A stretch of DNA of 32,000 nucleotides from a metagenome, in sequence record Ga0255770_10000666; one strand, written 5' to 3'. Below the pieces are notes generated by a model. That model did no database searches. It was not told the DNA's origin and saw only the letters and a list, made by a program, of their open reading frames with translations. The first letter of the stretch is position 1; the number at the start of each line of letters is the position of its first letter. Both the position numbers and the translations under genes were made by a program. Shown one piece after another: positions 8,563-15,406 of this stretch.

Positions 8563-10295
8563 ATGCGCGTCGCGCAAGGAACCCACGCACGCGCGAACGC
8601 TCTGTATTCACACAATCGTCCGCGCGTCCCGCAAAGAAGGATGACACCGGCACCGACGCAGAAGCGTCAAAAGACTGGAACGACTGCGCAAGCTGCGAGC
8701 GCTCAAACCGTCGTCGCTGGGAACTCTTGGTCGTGGCCGCGAGACACCCCCGTCGGACACCACGTCGTCGGTGAGAGTCATCGGGTGAAAGGGCTTCACT
8801 TGACGGATCACTTTATCGCGGTGCGTGCGGTTCGCGACGACTGATAACGGCGACGTGGCTGGTTGAGTGATTAAAAAGTGACTGACTGACGCAAACTGTA
8901 CTTCGCGCGCAACTGCAGGCGCCTTTGGATTATTATTCCGCGTCAAAGGCGAACATCACCGGTGAGAATGTCGCACCAAATCTGATCAAGGTGTACGTTC
9001 GGGAAGTCGTGAGCGCGGCGCGGGGGAAGATGAGCGCTGAGGAGCGGGCGGCGTTGCCGTGTGTGCTGTTTCTGCAGGGCGGCCCCGGGTTTGAGTGCGG
9101 CCGACCAGACGCGGATGGAGGATGGGTGGGAGAGATGGTCAAGGAGCATCGCGTGTTTTTACTCGATCAGCGCGGTACGGGGAGGTCGAGCGCGGAGATT
9201 GTTAGGTTTAACGAGGATGGTTCGTGTAAGGTGGCCTTTGAGGAAGGCCAGGGGGCGACCGCTGACGTACACATGGGCCGAATGTTGGCGCAATGTTTCA
9301 GAGCGGATTCGATTGTCGAGGATGCGGAACTGTTTCGCAAGACGGTTCTCGGTAAAGAGCAAAAGTTTACGCTTCTCGGACAGTCGTTCGGTGGGTTTTG
9401 CATCACGACGTATCTCTCGATGCACCCCGAAGGCGTGAAGGAGGCGCTCTACACGGGTGGTCTACCGCCGTACGTGGAGAAGGAAGCCGCGGCTTTCGAC
9501 GCGTACGTCAAGCTCTTCGAGAGAGTACGCGTTCAAAACGAAAAGTTTTACGCGCGCTTTCCGGGAGACGTCGAGCGTGTGAGGTATCTGTGCGAGTACG
9601 CTCGCAAGAATGAGGCGTCGCTGCCTGGCGGAGGAAGGTTGAGCGCTGAAGTCGTGCAGGCGCTCGGATTTTCCAACCTAGGCACGGCGTCCGGGATGGA
9701 AAGGCTGCACTATATCTTAGAAAACGTCGATGTGGAACCAACTTTTGCTGTGCCGCTGGCGCACAAGCTTCTCATAGAGATTGAGAATGCGTTCAGACAC
9801 TTTGAGACGAACCCATTGTACGGCATTCTTCACGAATCAATTTATTGCAATGGTGGTAACGCCTACGGCGGCGCCGAGAAGGCGAAAGCCAAACTTTCCG
9901 GAACGTCATTCGACGTCGACGCCGCGCTCACGACGCCTGGGCAAAAGATTTACTTCACCGGAGAGATGGTTTTCGATTTCTTTTTTGACGACATTCCTGC
10001 CCTTGCGCCGTACAAAGGCGTCCTCGACTGTCTCAAATCCGGCGACACCGGTCAGTTTCGCCGGTTGTACGATGCCCAAGCGCTCTCTGCGAATGATGAC
10101 ATTCCGGTCGCTTGCGCCAGTTACGTCGAGGACATGTTTGTCGACTTTGATCTTGCCGCAGAAACCGCCAGCCGAATCGCTGGCGCTCGCGTCTGGAGCA
10201 CGTCGGAATACATGCACTCTGGCATTCGCGAAGACGGCGCGAGAATCGTCTCCAAGCTCCTCTCCTACGTCAGAGACGAGGATCCAATTCGTTAA
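8563..10295 (+). CDS. Proline iminopeptidase-like alpha/beta hydrolase (peptidase S33 family); two exons, 8563..8820 and 8919..10295
   Basis: Exon 2 carries LFLQGGPGFECGRP, LLDQRGTGRSS, the nucleophile elbow LLGQSFGGF, NPLYGILHESIYCNG and EYMHSGIRE. Exon 1 ends ...HRVKGLHLTDHFIA. Splicing creates DHFIA|APLDYY, the conserved DHxFxVPLDY motif of this family. The first ATG after the upstream gene is 8563 and is in frame; 8641 is an alternative. Confidence 0.8.
8821..8918 (+). other. Spliceosomal intron (98 nt, phase 0) in the iminopeptidase gene
   Basis: The donor is GCG|GTGCGTG, the branch motif is ACTGACTGAC at 8881-8890, and the acceptor is CTGCAG| at 8918. The intron contains an in-frame TGA at 8842. 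Splicing restores a conserved family motif. Confidence 0.75.
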
Positions 10296-10404
10296 TTTCT
10301 CACCACTCGACGAGAGACGCCATCGTTCGATGAATGAAACTACTAACTAAAATGTGTTTAATACAAATTCGCTTGAGAGCTCCTACGCGCGCTCCAACGC
10401 TTCG

Positions 10405-10605
10405 CTAAGACTTTCTTCCATCCTTACCCCCGCTTTCGCTCCCCGTTCCCGCCGCTTTCCGCGCCTCTTCGCTCGCCGCGTTGTAATGCATGAACCCTTT
10501 CGCCGTCGTCGCCGCGAACCACGCGCCGGAGACCACCGTCGTCGCGAACAACCCGAGCGTCGTCGCTCGAAAGGCGACGTCGACGAGGCTCGTCTTCCCA
10601 CTCAT
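10405..10605 (-). CDS. Hypothetical 66-aa single-pass membrane protein
   Basis: This is an ATG-initiated ORF: MSGKTSLVDVAFRATTLGLFATTVVSGAWFAATTAKGFMHYNAASEEARKAAGTGSESGGKDGRKS. It has one clear hydrophobic helix and a charged tail. Its ATG is the first on the minus strand after a 400-nt ATG-free stretch (10606-11005). I recognise no family. Confidence 0.35.
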   Translation of the reverse strand: MSGKTSLVDVAFRATTLGLFATTVVSGAWFAATTAKGFMHYNAASEEARKAAGTGSESGGKDGRKS

Positions 10606-11085
10606 CTTTCAAGACGACGCCGCTTGCTTCACGAACACAAAGACACACGAGCGCGCGCGCGAGAAAGATTTCCGCGTATGGATCCCAGTCGCGTTCCGTG
10701 ACGTTTCTCGCGTTCGCGTCGTCGTCGAGTGACGGATCACGAGCAAAGTTGGCTTTCCAATCTTTGGACTTTTCTTCCAGGCACGTAGCCCCTTGAACGC
10801 GATATTGGTTGGGCGGTTTGGATTCGATCACGTCGGTCACGAGGAGTGAGTAATGAGTCGTGAGATTGTATTAAAGAAGGGAAACAAAGAAGGATTGAGT
10901 ACGGTGCGCTCGTCGTCGTCAATCGTCTCGCGGATGGATGGACGTTGGACTGGATGGAACCTAGGAAAAAAAACAAAGCAAACAAAGCGAGGCGACCTCT
11001 TTCCTCATTGAGCCGACGCGTCGAGCGACGGTGGTCGATGCTCTCTTCTTCTTTTTGTTGCGATGGTCGTCATCGTGATGGATGA

Positions 11086-12822
11086 TTACCACCCGTCTTC
11101 GTCTTCGTCGTCGTCAGACCACGCAGCGTCGGCGACGCCCGCCGTTGGAGCGGCGCTGCCGGCGGCGGCGGGCGCGCTCACCATCATGTGCTTAAACTTG
11201 TCTTCGACGGCAATGGTAACCCCACTGTCCGTTTCGAGGACGGCGGCTTGGTGTTGACGACCCTCACGCCAGGCTTTGGCTTCTTCGCGCTCCTTGGCGC
11301 GTGCCTCCTTGCCCGTCGCAAAGGCAAACGCGTTACCCGCCTCGAGTTCCATGAGCGCGCGCTTGATTTGCGCCACGATGAACGAGTCGCGATCCGTGTA
11401 AAAGGACGTGGAGCGACCAGACATACCGGCGCGACCGGTACGACCGATGCGGTGGACGTAATCCTCAAAGTTGCGAGGCAAGTCCATGTTGACGACGTGC
11501 GCGACACCCTTGACATCCAAACCACGCGCGGCGACATCCGTGGCAACCAACACAGAGCAACGTCCCTCCTTGTAATCCTGGAGAGCCGCCTCACGCTCCG
11601 CCTGAGATCGTCCACCATGCAACGCGGCAGCCGGAACGCCTTCCGCGTTTAATAACTCGGCAATCTCATCCGCACGGTTCTTGCGCTCGACGAAAACCAC
11701 CGTCATGGGCATGTCCGAGCCGAGCTTGGTGGCTTCATTCTTCTCCCCAATCAACATGGCAACCAATCTATTAACCTTTTCACCATCAACGACCTTTTCT
11801 AAGTGTTGCGACACGTTCGCCGTCGGAGCGCTCGTTTGACCAACCTTCACCTTGACCGGCTTGTTGAGGTACTCGCTCGCCAAAGCTTCAACCTCGCTCG
11901 GCATTGTCGCGGAAAAGAGGAGCGTTTGATGACGCTTGGGCAAGTTCATCAACACTTCTCGAATTTGCGGCTCGAAACCCATGTCCAACATTCTGTCCGC
12001 TTCATCCAAGACTACGAACGAAACGCGAGCGAGGTTGGTGTTACCCTGTTGCAAGTGATCGAGCAATCGACCGGGCGTGGCGACGATGATTTGCACGCCA
12101 CCGCGCAACATGGAACGCTGTTCGTACATATTCGTACCGCCGACGATGATGGCTGTTCTAAACCCCTTTGAGCTTCTCGAAAACGTCTTCCCCTCCGCTT
12201 CAATCTGTTGCGCCAACTCTCTCGTCGGCGCCATAACAATCGCAAACGGCCCATCACCCTGACGCAACGGCGGTTGGTTCAAACAGTGCTGCACCATTGG
12301 AATGGAAAACGCCGCCGTCTTCCCGCTCCCCGTCTCGGCACACCCGAGCACATCCCTTCCGCTCAAAATCACCGGAATCGCCTGCGCCTGAATCGGCGAC
12401 GGTTTATCGTACTCTCTGTGTCGAATATCCATCATGATATCCTTACTCAGATTCATATCCTCGAACGATTCGATCGCCGACGGTGCCTCGGCTTCGTTCT
12501 CCGGAACCTCCACCGTCACCCCGAGCCGGTCACGAATCTCCGTCTTTTGTTCCTCCGTCAGCGCCTCCACCCGCGCGCTCGGCCGCCAATTCGCAAAAAC
12601 CGCCGCGCCAGAATCTCTCCCACCGCCCTGTCCCCGTCCGCTCATCACCGGCGGCGCGCGGTCACCGGGTCCGTACGACGACCCACCGGGTCCGCCGCCG
12701 AAGGATCGGTGTCGGTCTGATTGTTGGTCGTTTCCTCCTCTGCTCCTCTCCGGCGGCGGCGCCGCGCCGGCACCGCCGTCGGACGATCCTCCGCCTCGCA
12801 AGTGCGGCGGAACGTACCCCAT
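11086..12822 (-). CDS. DEAD-box ATP-dependent RNA helicase
   Basis: All the core motifs are present: Q motif PSPIQAQAIP, AETGSGKT (I), PTRELA (Ia), VLDEADRMLDMGF (II), SAT (III) and HRIGRTGRAG (VI). The N-terminus MGYVPPHLRGGG is followed by a Gly/Arg/Ser-rich region. The ATG at 12822 was verified. Confidence 0.9.
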   Translation of the reverse strand: MGYVPPHLRGGGSSDGGAGAAPPPERSRGGNDQQSDRHRSFGGGPGGSSYGPGDRAPPVMSGRGQGGGRDSGAAVFANWRPSARVEALTEEQKTEIRDRLGVTVEVPENEAEAPSAIESFEDMNLSKDIMMDIRHREYDKPSPIQAQAIPVILSGRDVLGCAETGSGKTAAFSIPMVQHCLNQPPLRQGDGPFAIVMAPTRELAQQIEAEGKTFSRSSKGFRTAIIVGGTNMYEQRSMLRGGVQIIVATPGRLLDHLQQGNTNLARVSFVVLDEADRMLDMGFEPQIREVLMNLPKRHQTLLFSATMPSEVEALASEYLNKPVKVKVGQTSAPTANVSQHLEKVVDGEKVNRLVAMLIGEKNEATKLGSDMPMTVVFVERKNRADEIAELLNAEGVPAAALHGGRSQAEREAALQDYKEGRCSVLVATDVAARGLDVKGVAHVVNMDLPRNFEDYVHRIGRTGRAGMSGRSTSFYTDRDSFIVAQIKRALMELEAGNAFAFATGKEARAKEREEAKAWREGRQHQAAVLETDSGVTIAVEDKFKHMMVSAPAAAGSAAPTAGVADAAWSDDDEDEDGW

Positions 12823-13150
12823 GCTTCGCTTCTCGAACCGACGGGCGGGCGATCAATGGCGGGCCGGAGAGGCGTCGCCGCGACGAAGAGGCGCGATTTT
12901 CGTGCGGATCCCACGCGGGCGGTCCAGTTTTAGACTGTTTGTGCATATAAAATGAACACACGCGAAAACGTCGCGAAAACCACGTACATCGGACTCGAGC
13001 ACGTGTAGTATGTGAGCCCGATGTCGCAATTGTATGGGTAAACAGTACAATCCTTTTGTGACATCGTCGCTCAGCCTTCGCACGTCTCGGCTGCCCATCG
13101 CGCGCGCTCCGTCTTTTCTCGGCGCGTCTCGAAGGATACGACGATCAACG

Positions 13151-14066
13151 ATGGCGAAGGGTGAACCGACGAGGTGCGTGTGATTTACTCGCCTCTTTCG
13201 TTTTTTTTGTTCGTGTTAGTCTCGGCGTCGGTTGGCGTGGATGACGACCGTCGCGTCGTCGGGACGTTGGATGGGATTCCGCGCGCGTTTTGGGGTTTCG
13301 GTGGAGTCGCCACGCGCGCCTCGAAGCGTGGGATCTGGCGGACGATCGCGGACGACGGCGACGAGGAGACGCTTTGGATGGATGGTGACGAAACGTTTAC
13401 GTCGCTTTGACGTCCTGGATTCACCGTCGTCGTCCTCCGTCGGGTCCCTCGGGCGCGTCATCTTCGTTGCGGACGCACCGGGACCCTAGAAATGCGATCC
13501 GAACGAGACCCGTCGCGCGGTGTGCGCGCGCGTCGCGCGCGGGTGGTTTCGACGGCGAGCGCCGGCGGGAACGATCGAGACCGTTCACTTCACGTCGGTT
13601 TCCGTCGTTCGTGGTTCGGGATCGCGATCGACGACGCGGTGACGGGCGGTTGGTTTGCGTCATCCACGAGAGAGGGTTGGAGCGCTGAGAGAGGGACTCG
13701 TTTTGCGTGAGAGAGGGAGCGGACTGACTGACTTTGTTTTCTTTTAAATTCAAACGTAGACTGTACGTCCGCGGCGTGATTCTTGGTTACAAGCGCGCGC
13801 GCACCAACCAATACAACCACACGTCGCTCATCAAGCTCGAGGGCGTGAACGACAGCGCGGCGACGTCCTTTTACGGCGGTAAAAAGTTGTGCTACGTGTA
13901 CAAGGCGAAGACGAAGAAGCAGGGGACGGCGTACCGCACGATTTGGGGTAAGGTTATGCGCTCGCACGGTACCTCTGGTGTCGTCCGCGCCAAGTTCAAG
14001 AAGCACTTGCCGTCCAACTCCATCGGTGGTAAGGTTCGCTGCATGCTCTTCCCGTCCAACATCTAA
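13151..14066 (+). CDS. RPL35A: 60S ribosomal protein eL33 (L35a); two exons, 13151..13173 and 13760..14066
   Basis: Exon 2 encodes [29 protein letters not shown]...[40 protein letters not shown], a full-length match to eL33. The 23-nt exon 1 (ATGGCGAAGGGTGAACCGACGAG) splices to give [13 protein letters not shown], which parallels the plant MVKGRQGERVRLYVRG. Confidence 0.85.
13174..13759 (+). other. Spliceosomal first intron of RPL35A (586 nt, phase 2)
   Basis: The donor is GAG|GTGCGTG at 13174, the branch motif is GACTGACTGAC at about 13723-13733, and the acceptor is AAACGTAG| at 13759. It is needed to join the only plausible initiator exon to the eL33 body. Confidence 0.75.
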
Positions 14067-14162
14067 GGTCGCGCGCTTTGCGAGGGAAGAGTTGCGCTGG
14101 CTCGGCGAGACCGCGGGTCGACATTCATAGTCCAAACATCAGTATTAGTGATTAGCGTTTGA

Positions 14163-14167
14163 TGTAA
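14163..14167 (+). terminator. UGUAA-type candidate poly(A) signal for RPL35A
   Basis: TGTAA lies about 97 nt downstream of the RPL35A stop codon, in the spacer shared with the convergent NDUFAF6-like gene. Confidence 0.3.
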
Positions 14168-14258
14168 AAATCGATCGTTACTTGAACCAAACCACCTCCG
14201 TCTATTCGTTTTTCGTTCACCCACGTGCATGCGCTACGCTACGCTATGATTACAAAAG

Positions 14259-15380
14259 CTAGTACGTCCCTCGAAACGCGCTCCACGCGACGGCGGCTTG
14301 CGTAAACAACGGCGGTCCTCCTCGAGCGACGGCTTCGTCGAACGCGTCGAAATCCTTCGCCTCGAGCGCGTCCAAATACCTCCCCACCGGAACCGCCTGC
14401 AAGAAGAACGGCTTGGCATCGCTCGGAATCCTCTCCGCCATCGCCCGAGCGCTGTCCAAATGCGCCTTTGCGACGGTCGCCACCTCGTGCGCGACGTCTC
14501 TCGCGCCTTCGCTCGGCTCGAGCCGATAGACGCTCTCCGTGCTCACCCCGCGTCTCGCGCACGCATCGCTCGGAAAGTAACACCGCCGCTGTTTCGCGTG
14601 TGCCGTCGTCCCACGTAATAACGCGCTCAATCCAATCGCTTTACCGAGATGACTCGCCGCGTGATCGGCGTCGGCGTTTCGAATTCCGCACGCGTCCAAC
14701 GCGAGCGTTAAAGCGCTTCCGTGCGCGTCGCTCGCGTACCTCTCCAATTCCATCACGCTCCCGGGTGGTCCGCTCGCGCTCGCGTCGGTGATTCTCGCGT
14801 CAATCATCCTTTTCATCCACGTCTTTGCGCGCGCAGAGGGAGCGTTTCCCAGCGCCGCGCGGAGCGCCACGAGCACCGGATGTTGACCGCCGGCTCGAGC
14901 CTCCTCCTCGGCGTCGTCGTCCAAACGAGTCAATCCATCGATCGCTCTTCGCCACCACATCAACCGCATCCTCGCCGCATCGACGGAATCAGCGCTTCCG
15001 ACGACGCTTCCACTCTCCGCGTTGAGCGCGCGCACGGCAAACGCGATGGGCACGAACGGTTTCGGGAGATGAAGCGTGCAAAGGTAGGCTTCGTAATCTC
15101 TCAAACGAACCACTTCGACGCAGTGTCTAAACGCCGCGCGCAGTTCGCTGACGTCCGGTGACGACGACGCGGAGGTTCCGGAGGAGGATCTCGCGCGTGC
15201 GGTGATGGCTGTCAGCGCAGGTTTTATGGACGACGCGCGGTGTCGAGACGTCGTCATTAACGTCATCGTCATGAATGAATGAATGCGACGCGACGCGCCG
15301 GCGTGTGAGGAGAACGCGGGACTGAGTCGGATGGTTGATCCATCCGATGGTAGGAATGATTGGAACGCGCTTGAGATCAT
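14259..15380 (-). CDS. NDUFAF6: NDUFAF6-like protein (squalene/phytoene synthase fold; complex I assembly factor 6 family)
   Basis: VRLRDYEAYLCTLHLPKPFVPIAFAVRALNAESGSV...ARMRLMWWRRAIDG parallels the NDUFAF6 sequence RKRDYEGFLCSLLLP...ALRAFNVELAQV...MRMQFWKK. The rest is collinear with the isoprenoid synthase fold. The start is uncertain. The in-frame ATG at 15380 lies only 27 nt after the upstream gene's stop. The ATG at 15272 (MTMTLMTTSRHRASS, presequence-like) is an equally good start. Confidence 0.75.
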   Translation of the reverse strand: MISSAFQSFLPSDGSTIRLSPAFSSHAGASRRIHSFMTMTLMTTSRHRASSIKPALTAITARARSSSGTSASSSPDVSELRAAFRHCVEVVRLRDYEAYLCTLHLPKPFVPIAFAVRALNAESGSVVGSADSVDAARMRLMWWRRAIDGLTRLDDDAEEEARAGGQHPVLVALRAALGNAPSARAKTWMKRMIDARITDASASGPPGSVMELERYASDAHGSALTLALDACGIRNADADHAASHLGKAIGLSALLRGTTAHAKQRRCYFPSDACARRGVSTESVYRLEPSEGARDVAHEVATVAKAHLDSARAMAERIPSDAKPFFLQAVPVGRYLDALEAKDFDAFDEAVARGGPPLFTQAAVAWSAFRGTY

Positions 15381-15406
15381 GTGAGGATGCAGAAAGTGTG
15401 TGCGAT

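Noticed and set aside
10606-10650. A 43-nt mini-intron (GTGTGT...GAAAG) joining the protein-like 10840 frame to the 66-aa membrane ORF.
   Set aside because: It has no CTGAC-type branch motif and a non-consensus donor, it is far shorter than the supported introns, and the junction would not give a recognisable protein.
13174-13759. A snoRNA hosted in the long RPL35A intron.
   Set aside because: Only poor box matches are present (GGATGAC, GGTGACG, one CTGA at about 13685). There is no terminal stem or correct box spacing, and no H/ACA layout.
3476-15380. A possible sterol-pathway cluster: squalene epoxidase plus a squalene/phytoene-synthase-fold gene within 10 kb.
   Set aside because: The second gene matches the NDUFAF6 (complex I assembly) branch of the fold rather than squalene synthase. 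The intervening genes are unrelated housekeeping functions, and eukaryotic adjacency here appears coincidental.
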